This document shows positions 17,761 through 27,232 of a stretch of DNA of 39,642 nucleotides, one piece after another. Under the pieces are notes generated by a model. That model ran no database searches. It had not been told where the DNA came from and saw only the letters and a list, made by a program, of their open reading frames with translations. The position numbers were made by a program, and so were the translations under genes. The stretch comes from a virus (Duplodnaviria; Caudoviricetes): IMG/VR virus record IMGVR_UViG_3300017648_000009, positions 1-39,642 of that record. One strand, 5' to 3'. Position 1 is the stretch's first letter. Every line of letters begins with the position of its first letter.

Positions 17761-20700
17761 ATGGCACAGCAGTTCTGGCTCGGTCTGGATGACGGACCGA
17801 GCGGTACCTCCCTGCTCGATCGCGGGCGCATCACGGTTCTCAATCGTGGATTCTCTGCGCCGCCACTGGCTGACGGTATGCGGGTGCGCGCTGTGACGCT
17901 ACAGCTGCGGCTGAGCGGTTCGGAGAACTACACGTGGCAGACGGTACGTGACGAGCTCAACGCGCTCCTGACCGAGATTGAGGCGGCTGCACGGCGGCGG
18001 CATCGCACGTCCGGTGTCCTGTCGATCACGCTGGACGGCGAGACGTGGACGTATATCGACGTCGTGCGTGGCGTGCTGGAAGTCACCGAGATTCTGCCGC
18101 GTGGCCGGGATGCGTTCGCGACCCTCACGCTGACATGTCTGCCGCTGTTTCGTGGGGCACCGATGCAGGCGCAGAACCTGTTGGCTGCGCCGTGCGACCC
18201 TGAGGACGCGGCCTGGACGCTGACCAACATCACGGCCGCGAGCAACAACGCCACCGCGCCGGATGGCTCCGAAACTGCCGCGACGATCCGCGAGACGAGC
18301 GCGACCGGCGCGCACGAGATGCGCCAGCAGATCGCGAAACCGGCTGAGAGTGCGCCGTATACGCTGTCGGCCTACGTCAAGGGCGACGGGCGCTCTGCCG
18401 TGTCGCTCTATCTGGCCGATGGCAGCGGCACGAACGGGGCCTACGTCGGGTTTGACGTGACGGCGGGGTACCGGCTCTATCCGCCGGGCACGTCCGGCAC
18501 GGGATTCAGCGCTGCCAGCGCGGCGATTGAGAACGCGAATGATGGCTGGTACCGCGTCAGCCTGACAGCCACGGTCAACACTGATACGGCACTGCGAGCC
18601 TATATCCAGCTGCACGATGGCTCCGGCACATCCTACGCAGGCAATGCCAGCCTCGGGCTGCTGGTCTGGGGTGCGCAGCTCGAGGAGGGTGACAGCGCCG
18701 GGCTGCTGCTCGTGCCGCTGACACTCGCGCCAACGGTGCGTGCCGCATACACGAAACCTGGCTACGAGTACGTTGACGAGGACTACAGCGCCGACCCTGA
18801 CAACCTCTGGGGTGCCTCGTCATGGAATGTCACGAACCTCACGGCAACAACCGGACAGGCTGATCCGTCGGGTGGGACCGGCGCGACGCGCTACACCGAT
18901 GACAGCACCATGAGTCAGAAACGATGGATTCGGAACAACACGGCTGTCTCGATGTCGGGGCTTCCGAAAACGTACACGTTCGCCGTCTACCTGAAAAATT
19001 ACGCAGGTCGCGACGCATATATCGGCCTGCTGACGAATAGCAGCACATCGCCCGATGGATTCGGGGTCTGGACGCGGGTGAATCTCAGTACCGGGGTCAT
19101 GGCCGCAAACTCAGCCGGTACTGGTTACTCGCTGATCGATCGAACGTCCACCGACCTCGGCAACGGCTGGTGGTTCGCGACACTCACGGCGTCGGTGCCG
19201 TCCGGCGCTGGATCGTCACTCTACGGCTACGTTGCGCCGAACGGTTGGAGCGGCTACGTCGGCGAGCCCGCTAAAGGGATCATCGTCTTCCGCCCGCAGA
19301 TCGTTGAGGGCGCGACGATTGATAACCCACTCACCACGGTTGTTGTCGACACCGAAACCGTACCGGCAACGACGATCTCCGAGGGCAACCTGTCTGGTTT
19401 TTACCTGTACGGCGTTCCCGGCGACGGGCCAGCAATCTATCGCGTCGAGCTGGACGATGACACCAGCGCCACGGATGTCGCGGTCAACCGCCTGCACATC
19501 GGCGCATGGTCGGGCGAGGACGTGCAACTCGATGGGCTCACGCCGATGTCATTGCTGGACAGCGCCGAGAACGCTGTGCTGTCTAGCGGCGAGACGCAGG
19601 TCGGCGAGCAGGTCCCCGGCATCGCGGCGCAGCCTGCATGGCAGCCGGTCGCAACGCTGAGCCTTGATGATCTAGTCGGCCCACGAGGCTGGTTCAGCCC
19701 AACGGCACGGGTGCGCGACATGTCAACGTTCCTGTCGCAGCCGGGCAGCCTGTCTGTCATGGCGACAGACGGCATCATTGCCAAACAGGTGGCCCGTGTA
19801 TCGGCGAAATTAGCACCGCCAACGTCCAGCCTGTCGTTCGGCATCCCGCGCACAACGCCCGGATCGACGCTGGTCATCATGACGAGCTGGATCAATATGC
19901 TGACCGACGGGACACCATCGATCTCTGCGAATGGCGGCGTCACCTGGTCAACGCTGCACACCATCCCGGACACTGGCCGCTCCGGCGTCGCGATGTGGTA
20001 CGCGCCGAATGCCCCGGCGCTCAGTAGCACGCTGACCGTCTCGTGGACAACGGCCGTCGATGAGCCGGCGATTACGTTGATTGAGATTCCCGGCGCGGCG
20101 GCGTTGCCGCTGGACGGCACCGACGTCGACTACCTCAATTCGCGGGAGGCGGACACGATGTCTGGCTGGGCCAGCATCACGACGACGCAGGCCGCAACGT
20201 TGCTGCTGTCGGCTGGCCTCGGGCTCCAAAATTTCGCGCAGGCGTACACGCTCCCGGTTGGTGATGCAGCCTGGTATGGCGTGTCGAGCCTGAACAACGG
20301 CGCGATCTACGCCAAGACCGTGGCAAGCGCCGGTACACAGACAGTGCGCTGGACGCGATTCGACATCAACCGCGGCGTCACGCCACCGCCTGAGGGCTGG
20401 CTGGTCACGCTGGCCGCGTTCAAAACGGCGGCATCCACCGGTGCGAATGTCGGCACCGGCCAGTGGGCCGTTGTCGTGACCGCGATCGCGGACGACGGTA
20501 CCGAGAGTTTGCCAACCGGGCAGGTGTCGGTAGCGGTGCAATCGACCGCATCGGCGGTCAATGTCCGCTGGACGCCGCCTGCTGTGGGGTCGCCGGACGG
20601 GTATCGGGTCTACCGGAATCGCGGTACGGGATGGGCCTACGCGGAGGTCGACGCCAACACGCTTGAATACACGTTCCTCGACGAGCTCTCACTCATTAGC

Positions 20701-21261
20701 ACCGATCCGCCGAGTACATCACCGCCGGTCATCGCGTGGCGGCTGTCGGTGTCGCTCCCCAGCGGCGAGACGTTGTGGCGCGCACTGACGAGCGTCCAGA
20801 GTCGCATCGCGAACGGCACATGGGAGGATCTACCGCTCGGAGATGTGCCACTGCCGCCGATACCAGCTGGTGAGGGCGAAACGCCGACTGGGGCGATGCT
20901 GACCGTTGAGGCGGCGCACATCCGGGGCGCACAGGGCGACGTCAACGGGCTCTGGCTCATGGATCGGGCCAGCGGCCAGATGATCGCCTATCGCGACAGG
21001 TTGGATGCCACGAATCCCGTCGGCTGGATCGTCGAGACGAACCGCGACGAGATTAGCGCCGCGTGGTTCCGCGACAACACGGGGACTGAGACGGGGCAGG
21101 CAGTGATCGAGCCGGGTGTCCTCACGCTCTGGCCGGGCAACGCTGTTGTGAGCATTCGCCCAGAGGTAGCGGGCGGCGAATCTGATCTGACGCACAGCGC
21201 TCTACAGGTGCGTCGTGTCGTCGTTACGCCGCGATTCGACTGGCTGAGAGGACGGCGCTGA
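17761..21261 (+). CDS. Large tail/baseplate protein with repeated carbohydrate-binding-like domains (evolved Dit / receptor-binding candidate)
   Basis: Directly after tape measure; two related NL..W...(A/D)P.G...A..GW(Y/W) beta-sandwich modules; FN3-like VRWTPP..DGYRVYR. Confidence 0.7.
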   Translation: MAQQFWLGLDDGPSGTSLLDRGRITVLNRGFSAPPLADGMRVRAVTLQLRLSGSENYTWQTVRDELNALLTEIEAAARRRHRTSGVLSITLDGETWTYIDVVRGVLEVTEILPRGRDAFATLTLTCLPLFRGAPMQAQNLLAAPCDPEDAAWTLTNITAASNNATAPDGSETAATIRETSATGAHEMRQQIAKPAESAPYTLSAYVKGDGRSAVSLYLADGSGTNGAYVGFDVTAGYRLYPPGTSGTGFSAASAAIENANDGWYRVSLTATVNTDTALRAYIQLHDGSGTSYAGNASLGLLVWGAQLEEGDSAGLLLVPLTLAPTVRAAYTKPGYEYVDEDYSADPDNLWGASSWNVTNLTATTGQADPSGGTGATRYTDDSTMSQKRWIRNNTAVSMSGLPKTYTFAVYLKNYAGRDAYIGLLTNSSTSPDGFGVWTRVNLSTGVMAANSAGTGYSLIDRTSTDLGNGWWFATLTASVPSGAGSSLYGYVAPNGWSGYVGEPAKGIIVFRPQIVEGATIDNPLTTVVVDTETVPATTISEGNLSGFYLYGVPGDGPAIYRVELDDDTSATDVAVNRLHIGAWSGEDVQLDGLTPMSLLDSAENAVLSSGETQVGEQVPGIAAQPAWQPVATLSLDDLVGPRGWFSPTARVRDMSTFLSQPGSLSVMATDGIIAKQVARVSAKLAPPTSSLSFGIPRTTPGSTLVIMTSWINMLTDGTPSISANGGVTWSTLHTIPDTGRSGVAMWYAPNAPALSSTLTVSWTTAVDEPAITLIEIPGAAALPLDGTDVDYLNSREADTMSGWASITTTQAATLLLSAGLGLQNFAQAYTLPVGDAAWYGVSSLNNGAIYAKTVASAGTQTVRWTRFDINRGVTPPPEGWLVTLAAFKTAASTGANVGTGQWAVVVTAIADDGTESLPTGQVSVAVQSTASAVNVRWTPPAVGSPDGYRVYRNRGTGWAYAEVDANTLEYTFLDELSLISTDPPSTSPPVIAWRLSVSLPSGETLWRALTSVQSRIANGTWEDLPLGDVPLPPIPAGEGETPTGAMLTVEAAHIRGAQGDVNGLWLMDRASGQMIAYRDRLDATNPVGWIVETNRDEISAAWFRDNTGTETGQAVIEPGVLTLWPGNAVVSIRPEVAGGESDLTHSALQVRRVVVTPRFDWLRGRR

Positions 21262-22415
21262 TGAACTTTCGGGTTCGCATCGGTAGCCCGGCGATGGCCG
21301 GTGGAGCGGTGCGACCGCTGCTCTCAATGGGGCTGCACATCACGGCGCTGCGCTGGTCATGGGATCAGGCGGGGCCAGCGGGGGCGTCAATCTCGTTCGA
21401 TCCGTACTACTACACCGCGCCTGCCGTTGGGGTGCTACCCGATCCGATCGACGTGCCGCTCCGTGGGCATGTCGAGATCGTCGCTGGCGGACGCATCGTC
21501 TGGGAGGGATTCGTCCGCACACGCGAGCGTGGTTACGGCGGCGTCGTGACCGCGATCACGGCGGTCGGCTATGCACAGTCAATGAGTGACCGCTGGTGGA
21601 CGCGCGAGGACGACGACACGATCACAGGCCGCACATCGGGCGAGGTGTTGCAGACGGCATTGCGCGAACTGACGCCGTGGCTCTCGCCGGGGGTCATCGG
21701 CGAGCAATGGATCGATCCATACGTCAACCACATCGGCGGCATGGACGATTTTACCCGTATGACCGTCTCGCAGATCGCTGACCAGATCCGCCAGGCAGGC
21801 GATACACGCGGCCGCGAGGTCTGGGTGTCGTGTATGCCGGGCCGGAATGTCTGGCTCCTGCCTCGGATCGCGCCGAGCGAGCCGGACTACCGCGTTGCAT
21901 TCGACCATCGGATTCAGCGTTGGACGGAATCGGATGAGGGCATGGCCGCGAGCGTGGCGGTGGAGCGCGGGACGGCCGGGAGCGCCACGCTCGGGCCGAC
22001 GGCCACGAATGCAACGTTTCTGAGCGATCGCGGTTTCGCGCCGTCCGTGATCGTTACTGCCGGCGACATCACCGAAGCGGCCGCGACCGCGCTGAGGAAT
22101 GTCGAGCTGCGCAAGCGCTCGCTGCCGAAACTCTCGGTTGCAATCGGGGCGGCGCGAGACCCGGCGACGTGGCTCTCGAATCGGCATGGGTTGCCAGTTC
22201 CGTACTGGATGCCACAGACAGGCGAGTGGGTCGGGGTGGCAGGCGAGGACCCGCTGCCGATCGTGGGCGTTGACGTCGACGGATTTGCCGAGACGGCCAC
22301 ATACGAACTGGGCGAACGGAACATGCACCGGCCAGGGCGACAGACGGTGATCGCGGAAACGACGGCGGCGCAGTACAGAGGGCTGGTCGCACCATCGGGC
22401 GGCAGGCTGAGATGA
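21261..22415 (+). CDS. Baseplate hub / Tal-like tail protein
   Basis: HVEIVAGGRIVWEGFV hub-like motif; coupled to the upstream gene. Confidence 0.7.
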   Translation: MNFRVRIGSPAMAGGAVRPLLSMGLHITALRWSWDQAGPAGASISFDPYYYTAPAVGVLPDPIDVPLRGHVEIVAGGRIVWEGFVRTRERGYGGVVTAITAVGYAQSMSDRWWTREDDDTITGRTSGEVLQTALRELTPWLSPGVIGEQWIDPYVNHIGGMDDFTRMTVSQIADQIRQAGDTRGREVWVSCMPGRNVWLLPRIAPSEPDYRVAFDHRIQRWTESDEGMAASVAVERGTAGSATLGPTATNATFLSDRGFAPSVIVTAGDITEAAATALRNVELRKRSLPKLSVAIGAARDPATWLSNRHGLPVPYWMPQTGEWVGVAGEDPLPIVGVDVDGFAETATYELGERNMHRPGRQTVIAETTAAQYRGLVAPSGGRLR

Positions 22416-22426
22416 GCGGAGGAGCA

Positions 22427-22882
22427 ATGAACGGCGGTGAACTGCCGGCGTGCTCGCTGGAGGACTGGCAGGAAGACATCCGCGATCGGCTTGCCGACAT
22501 CGTGGAGAAAGTCGATCGCATTGAGGACCAAACCACCAAGACCAACGGGCGCGTTACCGGATTGGAGGCCAAGATGGTAACGGCGAACCGCGAGCGCCTC
22601 GAACTCGCGACACAACTGGAGGTGATTCGATCACAGGCGATCCCTGAAATCGAACGGGTTGTGCGAGATGTCATCACTCACGAGCTGAAGAAACGCGAGA
22701 CGGAAACTGATGCGGCTGCTTTCCGAGCAATGAAAGACCAGTTCGGCGACCCAGTCGCCAAGATGAAGCAGCTGGATCGGATCGAGCGATTCCTGACGTC
22801 AACACTCTCAAAGATATGGATTCTGGTCGTTACGGCAGTGACGCTCGCCATCATCGCGGTGGTCGCGGACAAGGTCTTCTAA
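22427..22882 (+). CDS. Coiled-coil protein with C-terminal TM helix (lysis-module membrane protein)
   Basis: GGAGG SD; QTTKTNGRVTGLE; C-terminal IWILVVTAVTLAIIAVV. Confidence 0.75.
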   Translation: MNGGELPACSLEDWQEDIRDRLADIVEKVDRIEDQTTKTNGRVTGLEAKMVTANRERLELATQLEVIRSQAIPEIERVVRDVITHELKKRETETDAAAFRAMKDQFGDPVAKMKQLDRIERFLTSTLSKIWILVVTAVTLAIIAVVADKVF

Positions 22883-22914
22883 CTCACCCCACATGATCCA
22901 AGGAGACAACCAAC

Positions 22915-24285
22915 ATGTTCAGCGGAGATTCCCCGATCATCGGTCAGGGGGCGGTTAGTGCTGCCGCCGTTCAGGCGTGGCTAGAACGGCAGGGCAAACG
23001 CTATGCACCCGCCTTTGCCCCGGCGGGTGTGTACGTCCCAATCCCTTCAACACTCGGGCAGGTCATTGTTACTGAGTGCCGCCGCTATGCCGAATACCCT
23101 GTCGGCTGGGAAATGGTTGCCGCTCAAATTGTCCATGAGACGGCAGGATGGCAGTCCGTTTTCGCACGCGAGCGGAATAACCCAGGTGGTATCGGCGCGA
23201 TCAACAGCAACCCAGATCAGGCAATCTGGTTCTCCTCGGTGGAGGCAGGTATTCGAGCGCACGTAGCGCACCTACTGGCCTATGCGGTCGGTGACGGTGC
23301 TTGGCGGGCAGATGACCCTCGATTCGATGCTGTGCAGCGCTACGGATGGCTCGGAGTTGCCAGGGACTGGCGCGACCTGAACGGTCGCTGGGCATATCCG
23401 GGCGAGACCTACGCGCAGCAGATCGCCAGTCTCGCGAACGACCTTGTGAGATTTGCCAATGACGGCCCTTGGGATACGGAGGTAACTGTGCCGACCCTGA
23501 CTCCGCCGGCAGGCTGGAAGCCGCCTGAAATCGTCCGGCGCATCCTGCCGCGTGACGCTTCGAACACCCCGCAAAAACAGATGGACTGGCAGTTCATCAT
23601 CGGGCACAACACCGGTAACCCCGCAAAGACCGCTGACGCGCTTCATCATGCCGACTGGCTGGAGAAACTGGCGCGCGAAGGTGCATCTGAACCATCGTGG
23701 GGATACACCGTCGATGACACGCGGATCGTTCAGCATCTGGAGGACGATCAGTGTGGCTGGCACGCATCCGATGGCACCGGCCCTTGCAACATGCAAGGGC
23801 TTGGAGTCGAGATGTGCGAAATCGGCGACCAAGAGCTCGTCCTATGGAACGCTGGCTGGCTGATCGGCTCACGATTACGGGAACGCGGCTACGGTAGCGA
23901 TCGTGTCCGCCAGCATCACACCTGCGCTCGTGATGGAAAAGACTGCCCTCGCTTGCTCCGAGCTAATGGCGGTACTGGGTGGAATCGCCTGATGTCGATC
24001 GTCGAGTTGTTTCGCGTCGGAGACGATCCTGCAGTGCCGGCGAATCCGGTGCGTGTGTTCTCTGAGACGGGCCATGGCATCGGTGGCGGCTTCCGTTGGT
24101 ATTGGGAGCACAACGGCGGTCTGATGATCTTCGGCTATCCGCTTACCGATGAGATCCAGGAGGACGGGCGCACTGTCCAGTATTTCGAGCGTGCCGTCTT
24201 TGAATATCACCCCGACAACGACGATCCGTACAAGGTGCTGTTGCGTCGTCTCGGCGCAGCTGCGCTAGAGCATAAAGCTGCATAG
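22915..24285 (+). CDS. Modular endolysin: glucosaminidase-like + Amidase_2 + Chloroflexi-type cell-binding domain
   Basis: AQIVHETAG..NNPGGIG; IIGHNT..YTVDD..GWHASDG..GVEMCE..QHH...KDCP; FSETGH..GFRWYWEHNGGLMIFGYPLTDE..VQYFERAVFEYHP. Confidence 0.92.
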   Translation: MFSGDSPIIGQGAVSAAAVQAWLERQGKRYAPAFAPAGVYVPIPSTLGQVIVTECRRYAEYPVGWEMVAAQIVHETAGWQSVFARERNNPGGIGAINSNPDQAIWFSSVEAGIRAHVAHLLAYAVGDGAWRADDPRFDAVQRYGWLGVARDWRDLNGRWAYPGETYAQQIASLANDLVRFANDGPWDTEVTVPTLTPPAGWKPPEIVRRILPRDASNTPQKQMDWQFIIGHNTGNPAKTADALHHADWLEKLAREGASEPSWGYTVDDTRIVQHLEDDQCGWHASDGTGPCNMQGLGVEMCEIGDQELVLWNAGWLIGSRLRERGYGSDRVRQHHTCARDGKDCPRLLRANGGTGWNRLMSIVELFRVGDDPAVPANPVRVFSETGHGIGGGFRWYWEHNGGLMIFGYPLTDEIQEDGRTVQYFERAVFEYHPDNDDPYKVLLRRLGAAALEHKAA

Positions 24286-24293
24286 GAGGGCAC

Positions 24294-24542
24294 ATGGAGA
24301 TCAACGTTGCACTAGCGACCGCTCTCGCGGTGCTGGTGGGCATCATCGTGCAAGCCATTCGGGAGGCGTTCCAGCCTCGAAGTCAGTACGTGCCGATCAT
24401 CGCGCTCGCAGTTGGCGGTGCGTTCGGTGCCATCGTCGGGCTGCAGTTCGGCTCGCTGTTCGATAGTGTCGTTGCCGGGGTTGCAGCTGGCGCGATGGCT
24501 GCGGGTCTGTGGCCGGGTGCGAAGGCCGTGCTAGGGAAGTAA
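24294..24542 (+). CDS. Holin
   Basis: 82 aa, 2-3 TM segments, directly after endolysin, GGAGG SD. Confidence 0.85.
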   Translation: MEINVALATALAVLVGIIVQAIREAFQPRSQYVPIIALAVGGAFGAIVGLQFGSLFDSVVAGVAAGAMAAGLWPGAKAVLGK

Positions 24543-24579
24543 GCGACTAACTGTCTCTACAGACCGTTGACCACCTTAA

Positions 24580-24616
24580 GTGAGCACGTCCAGATAGATT
24601 GTCTGAACGTGCTCAC
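24580..24616. terminator. Long hairpin between convergent lysis and accessory operons
   Basis: GTGAGCACGT-C-CAGATA-GAT-TGTCTG-A-ACGTGCTCAC. Confidence 0.65.
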
Positions 24617-24626
24617 GTTTCTCGGA

Positions 24627-25037
24627 TTAATCCTTCAGATCATCTGGATAGACGTTCCCCGAGAACCCAATTTCGCGTTTGGGATGATCCGGAGTGTTCT
24701 TTAGCCGACGCATCACAACCTGTACAGTCGACACGTGAGCAAGAACGGAAACCTCGTTCCCTTGTGAGTCTAATCCCCATATATAGAAGAGGTTCGGATT
24801 ATGGTACCCAAAGTCGTAAGCGACAATTGTCTCGCCGTTCGAGAGAACAACGTGTGCTTCGATATGCTCGTCTTCAACTGTGTTCGTCTCAAAGTCTTTG
24901 ATGCCCTCTTCTAGGCGATCGTAAAATGTGCTAGCCAAGTCACCAGAATCTACGGTACCTCGGACGTTCACGGGCGGTGACTTGAGCGTCTCGGCAATAT
25001 TGAATTCAGGAAACTGCGGCGGTTTGAAGCCTGTCAT
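24627..25037 (-). CDS. DUF6173-like protein
   Basis: LAS.FY.RL...I.DFE, GYHNPNL..I.G, KREIGF pattern recalled for this family; GAGG SD. Confidence 0.7.
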   Translation of the reverse strand: MTGFKPPQFPEFNIAETLKSPPVNVRGTVDSGDLASTFYDRLEEGIKDFETNTVEDEHIEAHVVLSNGETIVAYDFGYHNPNLFYIWGLDSQGNEVSVLAHVSTVQVVMRRLKNTPDHPKREIGFSGNVYPDDLKD

Positions 25038-25306
25038 ACTGACCTCTCTCGTTGTGGGTGCGGATGATTCCTATGGCGACTGGTGAGCTAATCGGCCGCG
25101 TTTGACTCGCTGGCATGATTGAGGTGATCCACGTCACTGGTCGGAAGTGGCGCAGGCGAGATGGAGCACCGCCGGGATCGCGGGTGGTGACGTGAGCGTC
25201 TCGGCACAATGGAATTCCAAGCAAGCAGGTAATTTGAAGTCTGGCATTTCTACATCTCGTTGTAGAGATTCTGACTGGTTTGACGTCGCCTATCTAACAG
25301 TGCCAG

Positions 25307-26071
25307 TTAGTCGCTATGCGCCTCGTCTAACTCCTTCAAGAGATCGTCAATGATACGGTCAATTGAACTAAAGAACTGGCGTTTCTCCTTCTCATATGTC
25401 TTTCCTGACAGCCGGAGTCGGTATTTCCGATCCAGAAACCGCTTCTTCTTACCGTGCAGTCGCCTCTCGATATACGCATAGCTCGAGCTTTGAGTGATTG
25501 CGTCTGCTATGGCCTGTTCACGTATATCAGTAAGGCCACGCGCTATGTATTCATAAAGGGGGCCATAGTCACCTTTGTCGGCAAGGCTTAGACTACGCAG
25601 GTACGGCTCGCGCAGAAGACCAAAGTACTCAAATAGATGTTGTGGCGGCTCCAGGATGCCCATGTTGTACGAAGCAAGTAAGTGAAATGCTCGTGCTGTT
25701 CGGCCGTTTCCGTCCTGGAATGGATGGATACAGAGAAGTCTGTGCAGTAGTTCGGCTGAGAGCATTACAGCCTCGGCATAGGTAGGTTTCTTTGCGACCC
25801 TCTGTTCCACGTCGTCACAAAGATCTACAAGATCGCTGCTGATCATGTGGGCCGCAGCGGGAGTAAATGGCGCTCCGCCTACGACTACCTCGTGTATAGC
25901 TGTCCGTTTCTGTCCGGCAAAGTCATAGAGATCTGATGATATTATGGAATGCAATTCGAATATAACACTTGGGTGATACGGATTTCGGTCGGGCGTCTCA
26001 GAATGAAACGCGACCACGCGTGCAAACGCGGTCGCGTTATTCTCGATCTCAAGTAAGCTAACGTCCGTCAT
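25307..26071 (-). CDS. Fic-domain toxin (AMPylase)
   Basis: Canonical HPFQDGNGRTAR motif. Confidence 0.92.
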   Translation of the reverse strand: MTDVSLLEIENNATAFARVVAFHSETPDRNPYHPSVIFELHSIISSDLYDFAGQKRTAIHEVVVGGAPFTPAAAHMISSDLVDLCDDVEQRVAKKPTYAEAVMLSAELLHRLLCIHPFQDGNGRTARAFHLLASYNMGILEPPQHLFEYFGLLREPYLRSLSLADKGDYGPLYEYIARGLTDIREQAIADAITQSSSYAYIERRLHGKKKRFLDRKYRLRLSGKTYEKEKRQFFSSIDRIIDDLLKELDEAHSD

Positions 26072-26340
26072 CTAGACGCTAAGGCTGGCCGATTCATGAA
26101 ACCCTCACGAATCTCCTCAAGAGTGATGGTTGGATCCTCCGCCGCCAGGTTCCCCCAGACAGCCGTAATGATCTCTTCATCGTTGGGTAATCGTCCCCTT
26201 GATACATTGAGCGACGGCGATTCATATTGGTCGAGCAACGATTGAAGCTCTTGCGCGAGCTTCGCATTGAGGTCAGTGTTACGCTGTCCGTCCTCTCTGC
26301 GTGCCCTGCGGATAAAGCGTCCAGTGATCCGTCGAATCAT
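26068..26340 (-). CDS. Putative FicA/VbhA-like antitoxin
   Basis: 90 aa, ATGA-coupled upstream of Fic; AVWGNLAAEDP resembles the (S/T)xxxE(G/N) inhibitory helix. Confidence 0.65.
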   Translation of the reverse strand: MIRRITGRFIRRARREDGQRNTDLNAKLAQELQSLLDQYESPSLNVSRGRLPNDEEIITAVWGNLAAEDPTITLEEIREGFMNRPALASR

Positions 26341-26389
26341 GCGTCCCTCTCAGGCTGGAAAGCCTCAAGTCCTGGTCATGACTCCGTTG

Positions 26390-26473
26390 TCATTCCAGTA
26401 TCGGCCACCGATTCCAGTATAGTCGCATATTCCAGTCCGCGACACTGTACTTCTTAAACACATGACTCGTCAT
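26390..26473 (-). CDS. Putative 27-aa Trp-rich peptide
   Basis: Strong GGAGGT SD; MTSHVFKKYSVADWNMRLYWNRWPILE*. Confidence 0.35.
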   Translation of the reverse strand: MTSHVFKKYSVADWNMRLYWNRWPILE

Positions 26474-26679
26474 TGCGTTACCTCCCCCCCTCGCACAGTC
26501 GTCCTTGCCGCCGGTCTCCACCTGCCATGATGGGTGTTGAGGCTGCCGGCGGGAGCGAAGGCAATTCTCGAGAAGAGCGGATCGCATCGTGACCGATAGC
26601 CGTCTTCACCCATAGCAGCGGCCATCGTCATCATTGACGTCAACGGGCAACAGATTACTCCATTCCCATCTCGCGTTGT

Positions 26680-26703
26680 GGGTCGGCCGAGATCGGCCGA
26701 CCC
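26680..26703 (-). terminator. Perfect inverted repeat just after the 26707-27204 stop
   Basis: GGGTCGGCCGA-GA-TCGGCCGACCC; no U tract. Confidence 0.5.
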
Positions 26704-26706
26704 GTT

Positions 26707-27204
26707 CTATGCCGATTGAATTGCCTCCTGGAGTTGTTCCAAAGCGGTCTTTAGTTCGTCAGTCACATTGTCGTGTAACGCATTCATGTACGAGATGACT
26801 GTTGGGAAACGTTCTGGCTTGATAGGTCCGCCAGCGACATAAGGGTACAAGCTCTCGACACGGTCCATAATTGCGTTCACATGATCTGCCTGAACAAGAT
26901 ATCTATGAATATGACCACCGATCCGCGTTCGAAGCTTGCGATCTACCAGTGGAGAGGAAAGAAAATCCGAGTATAATCCGGTTTGGAAGCGGATAAATGC
27001 GAATGGGTGATGGATCTTTGCGTTCGTAATGGACTGTACTGTATGTGATATCAACGCCATTTGAGTCGTTATGTCTTCATGCAGAGTCGCTATCATTACG
27101 TTAGCAGACTTGCGATCTGCATTCCAGTCGCGCAGGATTTGGATAATACCTGAGCCTAAAAGGGCGACAATGACTGTGGTCCAATCAACGGAAATGTCCG
27201 CCAT
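26707..27204 (-). CDS. Membrane-anchored hypothetical protein
   Basis: N-terminal TM WTTVIVALLGSGIIQIL; lower GC. Confidence 0.7.
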   Translation of the reverse strand: MADISVDWTTVIVALLGSGIIQILRDWNADRKSANVMIATLHEDITTQMALISHTVQSITNAKIHHPFAFIRFQTGLYSDFLSSPLVDRKLRTRIGGHIHRYLVQADHVNAIMDRVESLYPYVAGGPIKPERFPTVISYMNALHDNVTDELKTALEQLQEAIQSA

Positions 27205-27232
27205 TGTGGTTCTTCCATCTCTTGAGACTCAA

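Noticed and set aside
17761-21261. Diversity-generating retroelement target
   Set aside because: No reverse transcriptase and no TR/VR pair seen; internal similarity is at the protein-domain level only
3173-23832. Many long minus-strand ORFs in the structural region (e.g. 3173-4417, 15635-16660, 21579-22427)
   Set aside because: Shadow ORFs of GC-rich coding genes; only the 13329-13787 lipoprotein has its own signals
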